From: an uncultured Gemmiger sp.
GTDB taxonomy: Bacteria > Bacillota > Clostridia > Oscillospirales > Ruminococcaceae
Length of the DNA: 43,867 nucleotides
Assembly: GCA_947628865.1 (NCBI GenBank)
Contig: CANRBN010000001.1
Location: forward strand, 1 to 43,867
Direction: 5' to 3'
Shown: positions 1-8,913 of the stretch, in pieces
Position numbering within the stretch: position 1 is the stretch's first letter
Layout of the letters: each line of letters opens with the position of its first letter
The notes under the pieces: generated by a model
The model's input: only the letters and a program-made list of their open reading frames with translations
What the model was told of the DNA's origin: nothing
The model's database searches: none
Position numbers and translations under genes: made by a program

Positions 1-78
1 GGCTTTCAAGATTGATCTTGGTTTTTTCTGTCTACTATCTATTGACCTTTTCAGCGAAGCCGGTGGTCCTGACTTTTG

Positions 79-1860
79 TCATGCGGCGGGCAGCTCGGTC
101 GGGCCTGAGGGCGCAACGCCGGGCGGGTAGCGGTGCTCGGCCTCAGACTGGCCCACGATATCCGTATAGATATAAGGGTCATAGGCGTGGCTATAGTTGT
201 GGGCATTGGAATACCGCATCAGCTCGACATCGGTGAGATAGAAGAACTCCGAGCCGTCCACGCGGCGCGTGGTGTCAAAGTGATACCAGCCCTCGCCGAT
301 GTTGACAAGGTTCCAGAAATGCAGCGAATCGCCGTGCGGGATCTTGGCGATATCGCGGTTTTGGATGCCGGCGTTCGTGAGCAGCAGCTTCGCCGACATC
401 GCGTAAACATAGCAGTCGCCCCGATGCTCGACAAGGCCGCGGTAGCAGGCTTCGATCCAGTTGTCCTTGTTGGAGGAATCGACATAGCCGATGTTGTCGT
501 GGCAATAGCGGTAGATCGCGTAGATGATGTCCCGCTGGCTGTAAGCATCTAGACCGTTCGGGAACAGCGCGGCCAGCGTGTCGTTTGCAGCCGCCTGCAC
601 GACATCCTCCGAGATATCCGGGGGCAGCGGCGTGATGACGTGCAGCACCGTGCTGGCCGTGGCGGTGTTGCCGGCGCTGTCGGTGACTGTGTAGATGACG
701 GGATAGCTGCCCGGTACGTTGAGGTTGACGGCGCTGTTGTCGACCTGGAGCTGCAGGTCGGTATCGCAGTTGTCGGTCACGACGATATCGCGCTTGTAGG
801 CGACCGTGCCTCCCTGCTCCACCGTGAGCTCCTGCACGCCGGATATGACCGGCGGCTCGTTATCGGGCAGGACATTGATGTTTGCCGTGATGTCGGTATG
901 GTTGCCTCCGGCATCGGTCACGCGCACGCGCACCTGCTGCAGCCCGAGGACGGAGAGCTTTGGCTCGCTGACAAAGGCGACCGTCAGGGGGGTTTTGTCC
1001 TGCATGGATTCGATCAGATCCTCCGGCTGGACGGTGCCGTTGACATAGGCCTCGATATCACGGCCCACCACCACGGGGGCGACACTGTCGACCACATGCA
1101 GAATGGCTGTCTGCTCAAAGCCGAGCACCTTGAAAACGACCTCATGGTCGCCCACGGTGTTCATGTCGATGCCGCTGTCCAGCCCGCGCACAAGCGTTGC
1201 CTCAAAGCCGCCGGAGCTGAAATCCTGCGCCGACGGCAGCGCGCTGCCGACTTCAAGGGTGAGATCCCGCACGTTCCAGGGCGCAAATCTCCACAGAACG
1301 ACAGCCAGCAGCAAAATGGAGAATGCCAGGAACAAAAACGGCAAAAGAGAGGCGCTCTTGCGCGCGCGGCGCTTGGCGTGCCCTGTTCTGCTTTTTGGCG
1401 AAGTGCTGCGGTGCTGCGCGGCCCTTTGCTGAGGGCGGTGTGCCTGCGGCGCATCATGTGCGGACGGCGCGCTGCGCCGCTGCGGAACGGCGCCGGACGG
1501 CTGCGTGCCGGCACGGCGCGGGGCCTGTGGCGCGGGCGCGGGAGCCGCCGCCGGGCGCTGCGGCGCGGCAGCGGGCTGCCTTGCAGGCTGAGGCGTTATT
1601 ACGTTGTTTCGCACAGGGGGCATCGCGCTTTGTGCGGCGTACGGCGGCTGTTGTGCGCTGTGCGCGGCAGCCAGACGCCGGCTGCGTTCCTCGGGGGTCA
1701 GAACGCGCACCTTGTGCGCGGGGGACGCCGCCTGGCGGTTTGCGGGCGGCATCTGGATCCTGCGCGCGCCGCTGCCGACCGGCTGGCCCTCGACCGCCGG
1801 TCGCTGCGGTGTATTTTGGGCGCCGCTATGCGCAGCACCGGATGCGCTGTTGATCTTCAT
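79..1860 (-). CDS. Membrane-anchored transglutaminase-like protein with Ig-like (DUF5011/HYR-like) repeats
   Basis: Pro/Ala/Gln/Arg-rich N-terminus, one TM helix (LLPFLFLAFSILLLAVVLW), repeats of the D..PP.I.G...Y.VTD.AGN type, and a putative triad GDCYVYA / HFWNLV / WYHFDTT. Start is 1860 (GGGGGA upstream) or 1872. Confidence 0.8.
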   Translation of the reverse strand: MKINSASGAAHSGAQNTPQRPAVEGQPVGSGARRIQMPPANRQAASPAHKVRVLTPEERSRRLAAAHSAQQPPYAAQSAMPPVRNNVITPQPARQPAAAPQRPAAAPAPAPQAPRRAGTQPSGAVPQRRSAPSAHDAPQAHRPQQRAAQHRSTSPKSRTGHAKRRARKSASLLPFLFLAFSILLLAVVLWRFAPWNVRDLTLEVGSALPSAQDFSSGGFEATLVRGLDSGIDMNTVGDHEVVFKVLGFEQTAILHVVDSVAPVVVGRDIEAYVNGTVQPEDLIESMQDKTPLTVAFVSEPKLSVLGLQQVRVRVTDAGGNHTDITANINVLPDNEPPVISGVQELTVEQGGTVAYKRDIVVTDNCDTDLQLQVDNSAVNLNVPGSYPVIYTVTDSAGNTATASTVLHVITPLPPDISEDVVQAAANDTLAALFPNGLDAYSQRDIIYAIYRYCHDNIGYVDSSNKDNWIEACYRGLVEHRGDCYVYAMSAKLLLTNAGIQNRDIAKIPHGDSLHFWNLVNIGEGWYHFDTTRRVDGSEFFYLTDVELMRYSNAHNYSHAYDPYIYTDIVGQSEAEHRYPPGVAPSGPTELPAA

Positions 1861-1876
1861 GTCTTCCCCCATCCCG

Positions 1877-1902
1877 CGCCCCGCGCCGTTCAGCGCGGGG
1901 CG
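1877..1902. terminator. GC-rich hairpin between asnB and the transglutaminase-like gene
   Basis: cgccccgcgc-cgttca-gcgcggggcg is a perfect 10-bp stem, with no U-tract on the minus strand. Confidence 0.4.
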
Positions 1903-1929
1903 TGCTTTCTGTACAAGGCAAAAGCTGCC

Positions 1930-3768
1930 TCAAATCGTCAGACGGTAGCGCTCGCAAAGCATCGTCACGGTCATGGCGATGAGCAGATAGTCGATCTCAT
2001 AGGCGCCCATGAGCTTGAAATCCTGTTGGCAGTAGAGGGCCTTGAGCTCGTTGATATAGCCGGCGTCAAAGATGCCCTGTTTTTTGAGGAGCGACTCGGT
2101 CAGGAACATGTTTTCGCCCGGCTGCTTGATGAGCGACGACATGCCCGGCGCCTGGAACGGGAATTTTTTGCGCTTGAGGATCTCGTTCGGCACGATGCCC
2201 TCCCCCGCTTTTTTGAGGATATACTTTTCGTTGACGCCGTTGAGCTTGTACTTGTCCGGGATGGTCACGACGAAATTGAGCAGGTCGATGTCCAAAAACG
2301 GGTGGCGCCCCTCGACCGAGTGGGAAAAGATCATGCGGTCGCCGTGCTCGCCGAGAAGATGGTCGGAAAGGCGCAGCTTGTAGTCGATATAGGAGCGCCT
2401 TTTCTGGCTGCTCAGGCCCTTGACGCGCGCGACGTTGATGGGGCTTTCGGCAAAGGCGGAGAAATGCTCGATCTCGCCGCGCACATCGGCGCTGTACAGC
2501 TTTTTGTGGATCTCGCGGATGGCGGGGTGGTTGCGCTCGTAGCGGAAATACGGGTCGCCCCACAGGCGCTCGTTGACCGCGCATTCCTCGGCGCTCATCT
2601 TGCCCTTCTGCATGTTGCGGAAGAGATCGACCATATACCCGACGTAGCCGCAGAAGAACTCGTCCGAGCCCTGCCCGGTCAGCACGGCCTTGGCCGGCGA
2701 GCCCTGTACGAGCGCCGAGAGCAGATAGGCGGCCACATCGTAGCTTTCCTTGACGGCGGATTCGGCATGGTAGATGACGTTAGGCAGGTTTTCCCAGATG
2801 CGCTGCTCGTTGATATGGGTGACGTAGTGTTCGCTTTTCACATAGTCATGGATGATCTTTTGGAAGCGGCTCTCGTCGAGATCGCCCTCCTCCATCTCGG
2901 CGGAGAAAGAATAGTAGCTGTTGAGCAGGTATTTGCCGATGTAGCAGGCGACGACGGAGCTGTCGAGCCCGCCGGAGATATAAAAGCCGATGGGCACATC
3001 GGCGATGAGCCGGCGGGAAATGGCGCTCTTGAGCAGCTCGCGCAGGCGCTCGACATAATAGGCTTCGCCCTTGTCCTCCTCCTCGGGCTGGTATTGCAGA
3101 TCCCAGTATTCGATATCGCGGGGCTCCTGGCCGGGGCGGAGCAGCAGCATATGCCCGGCCCGCAGCGAATTGACGCCGGCAAAAAACGTGTTGGGCGAGA
3201 CGACGCCGGGATAGTTCATCAGCTGGTCGACGGCCTTGAGGTTCAATTTGCGCGGCACACCGGGAAATTCAAGGATGGCCTTGATCTCGGAGCCGAACAC
3301 GACCCAGCCGTCCACATGGGTATAAAACAGCGGCGCGATGCCGATGTGATCGCGCACCAGCAGCAGCTGGCGTTGGCGCGCATCGTACAGCGCGATGGCG
3401 AACTGGCCGTTGAGGCGGTTGGGAAAATCCAGGCCCTCCTCCTCATACAGGTGCAGGATGACCTCGACGTCGGTTTTGGTGGCAAAGCGATGGCCCTTTT
3501 TCTCCAGCTCCTCGCGCAGCTCCTGAAAGTTGAAGATCTCGCCGTTGCAGATCATCACGACGCTGCCGTCCTCGTTTTGCAGCGGCTGCATACCGCCGGC
3601 AAGATCGAGGAAGCTCAGGCGGTTGAAGCCCAGCCCCAGCCCCGGCTGCAAAAGCGTGTTGCTGCCGTCGGGGCCGCGGTGCTTGATGGCATCCAGCATG
3701 CCGCCCAGCAGCGCCGGATCCTGCCTGCGCTCGCCCAGAAGATCGTAAAAACCGCAGATACCGCACAT
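1930..3768 (-). CDS. asnB: Asparagine synthase (glutamine-hydrolysing) family amidotransferase
   Basis: N-terminal MCGI Ntn nucleophile, HRGPD, NGEIFN, SGGLDSS PP-loop, TGQGSDE, R.PFLD, EKYILK. Confidence 0.93.
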   Translation of the reverse strand: MCGICGFYDLLGERRQDPALLGGMLDAIKHRGPDGSNTLLQPGLGLGFNRLSFLDLAGGMQPLQNEDGSVVMICNGEIFNFQELREELEKKGHRFATKTDVEVILHLYEEEGLDFPNRLNGQFAIALYDARQRQLLLVRDHIGIAPLFYTHVDGWVVFGSEIKAILEFPGVPRKLNLKAVDQLMNYPGVVSPNTFFAGVNSLRAGHMLLLRPGQEPRDIEYWDLQYQPEEEDKGEAYYVERLRELLKSAISRRLIADVPIGFYISGGLDSSVVACYIGKYLLNSYYSFSAEMEEGDLDESRFQKIIHDYVKSEHYVTHINEQRIWENLPNVIYHAESAVKESYDVAAYLLSALVQGSPAKAVLTGQGSDEFFCGYVGYMVDLFRNMQKGKMSAEECAVNERLWGDPYFRYERNHPAIREIHKKLYSADVRGEIEHFSAFAESPINVARVKGLSSQKRRSYIDYKLRLSDHLLGEHGDRMIFSHSVEGRHPFLDIDLLNFVVTIPDKYKLNGVNEKYILKKAGEGIVPNEILKRKKFPFQAPGMSSLIKQPGENMFLTESLLKKQGIFDAGYINELKALYCQQDFKLMGAYEIDYLLIAMTVTMLCERYRLTI

Positions 3769-3786
3769 AAAACCGTTTCCCGCCTT

Positions 3787-4323
3787 TTACAGTACAGTGG
3801 AATGATATTCGATGGAAAGCACCGTATCGCCGCTCTGCACGACGAACCACAGCTCGCTGCCACCCTTTTCGTACACGATGGTGCCCGCTTCGGCGGCTTT
3901 TTCACCGTAGGCGGCGGCCACGTCTGCGACCGGCGCGCCGATGGCAAGGCCCTCCGCGGTCTCGACCATATCGTCCTTGAGGATCACAGCCGAGATGCGG
4001 TCGGTATCGCCGTCGGGATAGGTATCGACCTCAAAGCTCGCGTAGGTGTAGATCTTGTCAAGGCCGTCGAAGGCGCAGCTGGCGGCCTCCTGATAGTCAA
4101 CGGGGTCGCCCAGCGCCGCGATGATGGGGGCCGCGTCGGCATCCATGGGGATCTCGACGCCGTTGTAGGTAAAGACATAGGCGTCCTCCGCGGCGGTCTG
4201 GCCGGCGCCGCCGTTTGCCGACGGTGTGCCGCCATTGCCGGCGTCAGACCCGCCGCAGGCGGCGAGCAGGCAGGCCGCCAACACGGTGCAGAGGATCAGG
4301 GAGAGATGCTTTTTCATGTTCAT
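3787..4323 (-). CDS. Acidic lipoprotein of unknown function
   Basis: MKK + hydrophobic stretch + LAAC lipobox, followed by a Gly/Asn linker. Overlaps the upstream gene by 4 nt. Confidence 0.8.
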   Translation of the reverse strand: MNMKKHLSLILCTVLAACLLAACGGSDAGNGGTPSANGGAGQTAAEDAYVFTYNGVEIPMDADAAPIIAALGDPVDYQEAASCAFDGLDKIYTYASFEVDTYPDGDTDRISAVILKDDMVETAEGLAIGAPVADVAAAYGEKAAEAGTIVYEKGGSELWFVVQSGDTVLSIEYHSTVL

Positions 4324-5381
4324 GCGTCCTTTCTTTCCATGCCATAGAGTTTGTATTGTGCTTCGATCTCCGCGTCATACGCGGCGATCTTGCCTTTCCA
4401 GGCGGCATCCAGCGCGGCTTCGCCGCGGCGATCCGCAAGACCGAATTCGGTTTGCAGGTAGCGCCCCAGCCAGACAGCCAGCTTTTCGGCGCCGGAGAGG
4501 TTCATGTGCAGGCCGGCATCGTAGGTGTCGGTGTTGTAATCTATGCCGGTCTCGTCCTGGATCTCCAAAAAGTTGATATACCGGCGGTCGTGGGCTTCGG
4601 CATACGCCTCGACCTGCTCCTCCCATTCGGGGTACCAGTAGGGGTACAGGCTCGGCGCCTTGATGAGCAGCAGCTCCACGCCCTTTTCGCGGCAGAGCGC
4701 GTCCATCCTGTCAAGATATTCCCAGGCCTTGTCGCCAAAGCTGTAATCGCCCAAAATGCGCCCCTGTGTTTCCGATTCGACCGGGCGCACATCCACGCGC
4801 ATATAGTACCCGTTGTGGGTGACGGGCTTTGTCTTGAACAGGTATTCAAGGTCGGTCGGCGCGAGCTCGCTCCAGCGGCTGTGGTAGCGCAGGATGGGGA
4901 AAACATAGTCGAGGAAATGTTCGTTTTCTTTCATCGAGGCGAAGATCGCGCCGACCTTGGACGGCGACCATTTCATGCCCTCGATGGACATGCGGTTGTA
5001 GGCCTCGTTCTGTGACTCGTTGAATTGCAGAGACTGGATGTTGAACACCACAACATCCGGCGTTTCATAGCGCAGCGTGTCCTCCAAAAGATAGTAGGAC
5101 TGCCAGATATACTGCTCGGCGCTGCCGCGGATATAGCTGTTGATGCCATATTCCTGCCAGAGTTTTACCGGGGAAAAGTTTTCATAGACCTCGCAGTCGC
5201 CGATGAAGATGACGTCGTGATCCTTTTCCTCCCGATAGTATTCGGCGACGAAAGCGCCCTCCACGATGCCGTCGACGTATTTGGGCATGAGCAGGCGCTG
5301 CAAAAGGTACAGGCTGCCCGCCACGATGAGCGCCGAGACCGCGATGCGCACGAACCGGCGCCGTTGATCGGCTTTTTCCAT
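4320..5381 (-). CDS. DltD/AlgJ-like SGNH-fold extracytoplasmic acyltransferase
   Basis: N-terminal TM anchor, block I-like DVIFIGDCE and C-terminal D-AGL-H-MN. Directly follows the MBOAT gene. GAGGGGAGG RBS before ATG 5381. Confidence 0.7.
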   Translation of the reverse strand: MEKADQRRRFVRIAVSALIVAGSLYLLQRLLMPKYVDGIVEGAFVAEYYREEKDHDVIFIGDCEVYENFSPVKLWQEYGINSYIRGSAEQYIWQSYYLLEDTLRYETPDVVVFNIQSLQFNESQNEAYNRMSIEGMKWSPSKVGAIFASMKENEHFLDYVFPILRYHSRWSELAPTDLEYLFKTKPVTHNGYYMRVDVRPVESETQGRILGDYSFGDKAWEYLDRMDALCREKGVELLLIKAPSLYPYWYPEWEEQVEAYAEAHDRRYINFLEIQDETGIDYNTDTYDAGLHMNLSGAEKLAVWLGRYLQTEFGLADRRGEAALDAAWKGKIAAYDAEIEAQYKLYGMERKDA

Positions 5382-5409
5382 GGCGGTGCCCTCCCCTCTT
5401 GTAAACGAT

Positions 5410-6999
5410 TCAGAAGCGGTTGTAGATGAACTGGCTGGCGTCATAGCCGATGCCGTACGCGCCCATCAGCAATACCAGCAGGAACAGCCCGTACCAAACG
5501 ATGAACCGCACCGCGTAAGGGCGTTTTGCGATCTGCGCGCGCACGCTGCCGCGCCGCCCGAGGAGGCTGACGGTCAGCATCAGCGCGACGGCGCCCGCCA
5601 GCACGGCATAGTCGACGCCGGTCAGGCCCAGCTCAAGCAGCGCGCCGTTCCACAAAATGCCCCAGTTGCGGGCGGTCAAAACGGAGCCCAGCATGAACAG
5701 CGTGTCGCCGATGTTGGCAAAGCAGTCGAACAGATTGAGGCAGCAGATCAAAAGGAACGTGCGCCCCACCGCGAACAGCCGCCAGCCGAGGCCGCCAGCG
5801 CCGGGATGCTTTGCGTGAAAGCGCGCATACAGCGGCTCCAGCTCCTCGGATATCATCAGGATGGCCCAGTTGAGCAGCCCCCAGACGATAAAGTTCCAGC
5901 TGGCGCCGTGCCAGATGCCGGTCGCGAACCAGACCACAAAGCTGGACACATACACCGGCAGCCGGCGACCGACGGCCTCGCCGAACCTTGAGCGCGAAAA
6001 CCTGGCAAAGCGCTGCATCGCTTTGGAGGAGGAGACCGGATAAAAAACGTAATCCCTAAACCAGCTGCACATCGAGATGTGCCAGCGCCGCCAGTATTCT
6101 TTGAGCGATTTGGAAAAGTAGGGGCGGATGAAGTTCTCCTGCACCGTGACACCCAGCGCCTCGGAAAGGCCGATGGTGATGTCGATGCCGCCGGTAAAAT
6201 CGGCGTAGAGCTGCACGGTATAAAACACCATGCCGACCAGCGCATACGCGCCGTGGTAGGCGTTCACATCGCCAAGGATGACCGTGACGGCGCTGACGAT
6301 GCGATCCGCCACGACGAGCTTTTTAAAATAGCCCCACAGCATGCGCTGCAAACCGCGTGCCACGGTGCCGCCGTCGTACGGATGCCCGGCGTAGAGCGTC
6401 TCGCTCAGCTGGCCAAAGCGGCTGATGGGGCCCTGGATGACCAGCGGAAAGAAAGAGACGAACAGCAAAAAGCGCGGCAGGCTGCGCTCGGCGGGCTGGC
6501 TGCCGCGGTAGACGTCGATCAGATAGCCCACGGCCTGAAAGGTATAAAACGAGATGCCCAGCGGCAGCAGGATGTGCAAAAGCGGTAGCGGCCCTTTGGA
6601 AAACAGGCCCAGCACGGCGTTGACGTTGGCGATGGCAAAATCCGTGTATTTTACAACGGCCAGGATGCCAAGATCAAGCAGCAGGCAGCCGGTGAGCCAG
6701 CGCCTGCGGATGCGCTTTTGCTGTGCGCGGTAGGCTTTTTTGCCCTCACGGTCAAGGGTGTCCTTATGGGCCTGCAGATAGGCGCTCTGCTGTGCGGCGT
6801 TTGCCTGGATGCGCAGCGCCGCGTACCAGACGCTGACGGCGGTGGCCAGGATGTAAACGATCGCCCAGGCGCCGCCAAGCAGGTAAAACACAAGACTCGC
6901 CGCCAGCAGAAGCTTCCACTGGTGGCGTTTGGGCAGAAGATAATACAGCAGCAGCAAAACCGCGGCAAAGCCGAGGAACCCATAAGAGGTGAAGAGCAT
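5410..6999 (-). CDS. MBOAT family O-acyltransferase (DltB/AlgI-like) with fused C-terminal FIYxxF motif
   Basis: MLFTS start, LPLGISFYTFQ, GPISR, ENF.RPY, WRRWHISM, catalytic TGIWHGA, C-terminal FIYNRF. Confidence 0.92.
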   Translation of the reverse strand: MLFTSYGFLGFAAVLLLLYYLLPKRHQWKLLLAASLVFYLLGGAWAIVYILATAVSVWYAALRIQANAAQQSAYLQAHKDTLDREGKKAYRAQQKRIRRRWLTGCLLLDLGILAVVKYTDFAIANVNAVLGLFSKGPLPLLHILLPLGISFYTFQAVGYLIDVYRGSQPAERSLPRFLLFVSFFPLVIQGPISRFGQLSETLYAGHPYDGGTVARGLQRMLWGYFKKLVVADRIVSAVTVILGDVNAYHGAYALVGMVFYTVQLYADFTGGIDITIGLSEALGVTVQENFIRPYFSKSLKEYWRRWHISMCSWFRDYVFYPVSSSKAMQRFARFSRSRFGEAVGRRLPVYVSSFVVWFATGIWHGASWNFIVWGLLNWAILMISEELEPLYARFHAKHPGAGGLGWRLFAVGRTFLLICCLNLFDCFANIGDTLFMLGSVLTARNWGILWNGALLELGLTGVDYAVLAGAVALMLTVSLLGRRGSVRAQIAKRPYAVRFIVWYGLFLLVLLMGAYGIGYDASQFIYNRF

Positions 7000-7024
7000 G
7001 GCAAAACTCCCGGGAAAAAGGCGG

Positions 7025-7255
7025 TCAGGCCTCGTCCTGCAATTCCTGGATGAGCGCGTACAGCGCCTTGGCGGAGTTGAAGTTGGCCGGCACGATCTTG
7101 TCCGCCGTGATGGTGACATCAAACTCCTCGCCGATCTCGGCGATCAGCGTGACGATATCGAACGAATCCAGGATTATATCGTCGATCAGGTGCTCGCGGG
7201 TGGTAAAGTCGATGTCGGGGTGAAGCTCGTTCAAAATGTGCAGCAGTTCATCCAT
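7025..7255 (-). CDS. Acyl/aminoacyl carrier protein (DltC-like)
   Basis: 76 aa, acidic, ILDSFDIV phosphopantetheine Ser motif, NFNS near the C-terminus. Confidence 0.88.
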   Translation of the reverse strand: MDELLHILNELHPDIDFTTREHLIDDIILDSFDIVTLIAEIGEEFDVTITADKIVPANFNSAKALYALIQELQDEA

Positions 7256-7277
7256 GGGTGGTCATCCTTTCCTCTGG

Positions 7278-8792
7278 TTATTTGCCTTGCGCCATGTTTT
7301 TGAGCGTGACGCGGTCGATCTTTCCGTTGGCGGTCTGCGGCAGCTTTTCGAGCCGCACAAGGCGGTTGGGCAGCATATAGCGCGGCAGCTTGCCCTTGAG
7401 CGCGGTGGTCAGCGAGGGCTCATCCGCATCGCCGACATAATAGAGTACGATCTTCTGGCGCGCATTATCATAAACGCAGGCGGACATTTGGATGCTGTCC
7501 AGCATGTCGACGTTGGCTTCGATCTCGCCCAGCTCGATGCGATGGCCCATGTGCTTGATCTGGTGGTCACGCCGGGAGACAAAGACAAGATCACCCTCGG
7601 CGTTGCGCCTGCCGATATCGCCGGTCTTGTAGATGATCTCCGGGTATGCGGTGTTGAGCGGGTTCTGCACGAACGCCTGCGCGGTGCGCTCGGGGTCGTT
7701 ATAGTACCCGAGCGTGACGGCGGTGCCGCGGATGCAGATCTCGCCCTCCTCGCCGTCGCCGGCAAGCGTGCCGTCGGCTCTGAGCAGCAGGATCTCGCGG
7801 TTTGCAAAGGGACGCCCGATGGGGATGACCTCATCGTCGGCAAAATCGCGGTCGGCACGGTACCAGCAGCACATGCCGGTGCCCTCGGTGGGGCCGTACA
7901 GATTGGTGAAGGTCGCGCTCGGCACGGCCTCGCGCCAGAGGCGGAACTGACGGATGGGAAAGACCTCGCTGCCAAAGGCCACCGTGCGCAGATACTGCGG
8001 CTTGACGGTCTTAAAGGTGCCAAGCGCGCTCACCATCGTGAGCGCCGAGACGACCCAGCAGATGGTATTGATCCTGTGTTCGTTGAGGTATTCGACCAGC
8101 GCGATGGGGAACGAGAACAGGCGCTGCGGGATGAGCCAGGTCGTCGCGCCGAACTTGATGGTGGAATACACGTCCTTGAGGCAGGCGTCAAAGTAAAGCG
8201 GCGCCTGGTTGCCAAAGACGGTATCTTCGTCAAAGGCGAGCACCTCGGACAGCTGCTCGATGTAATCGAGCACCGAGCGGTGGCAGGCCGCCACCCCCTT
8301 GGGGATGCCGGTGGAGCCGGAGGTGAAAACGATGTAGATGGGGTCGGTGTCGATGGCGGCGCGGCGGATGGCATCGAGCGCGGCACGGTCGGGCTCGGTG
8401 TGGATGAGCTCCTCGTACAGCGCGAGCTCGCCGCCCATCAGATCGAACTGGCGGGCCTTTTCGATGGTATCGGCGTCGCAGATCACGAGCGGAGATTTGA
8501 CGTTCTCCAAAATCAGGCGGATGCGGCTGTCCGGCATCTCCTCGTCGAGCGGCACATAAAAATCGCCGCCGGCAATCACGCCGAAGAACGCGGTGATCTC
8601 CATCGGTGACTTGCGCATGAACACAACGACGGGCCGCTTGCAGATGCCGCGCATGTGCAGGCAGGTGGCGATGCTTTCGGTGCGCTGCAAAACCTCGGCG
8701 AACGTCAGGGTGACGGTATCGCTGCAATAGGCCGGCTTGTCCGGCAGGCGCGCCGCCGTCGCATACAGATCATTCAAGACATTCTTGTTCAT
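7278..8792 (-). CDS. Stand-alone amino acid adenylation enzyme (DltA-like)
   Basis: A3 YIVFTSGSTGIPKG, A4 FDAC, A5 NLYGPTE, GEICIRG, YKTGD, GHRIELGEIE, A10 NGKIDR. Confidence 0.92.
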   Translation of the reverse strand: MNKNVLNDLYATAARLPDKPAYCSDTVTLTFAEVLQRTESIATCLHMRGICKRPVVVFMRKSPMEITAFFGVIAGGDFYVPLDEEMPDSRIRLILENVKSPLVICDADTIEKARQFDLMGGELALYEELIHTEPDRAALDAIRRAAIDTDPIYIVFTSGSTGIPKGVAACHRSVLDYIEQLSEVLAFDEDTVFGNQAPLYFDACLKDVYSTIKFGATTWLIPQRLFSFPIALVEYLNEHRINTICWVVSALTMVSALGTFKTVKPQYLRTVAFGSEVFPIRQFRLWREAVPSATFTNLYGPTEGTGMCCWYRADRDFADDEVIPIGRPFANREILLLRADGTLAGDGEEGEICIRGTAVTLGYYNDPERTAQAFVQNPLNTAYPEIIYKTGDIGRRNAEGDLVFVSRRDHQIKHMGHRIELGEIEANVDMLDSIQMSACVYDNARQKIVLYYVGDADEPSLTTALKGKLPRYMLPNRLVRLEKLPQTANGKIDRVTLKNMAQGK

Positions 8793-8913
8793 CGTATCTC
8801 CCCAAACCGCCGGGCAGGCCGTGCCGGCAAACATTCAAATACAGTTTGCACCGCACGGCGCGCAGCTATGCGCGGCTTCGGTTCTGCTTTTTTACACAAA
8901 AACCGACAGTAGC

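Noticed and set aside
640-4347. 1235-aa plus-strand ORF
   Set aside because: Antisense shadow of asnB, the lipoprotein and the transglutaminase gene. It has no motifs, and long stop-free antisense frames are expected with high-GC codon bias.
5410-8792. Naming the cluster dltABCD
   Set aside because: The gene order differs, the A-domain pocket lacks DltA residues, the MBOAT has a fused FIYxxF tail and the DltD-like protein has Cys. Gene symbols were withheld.
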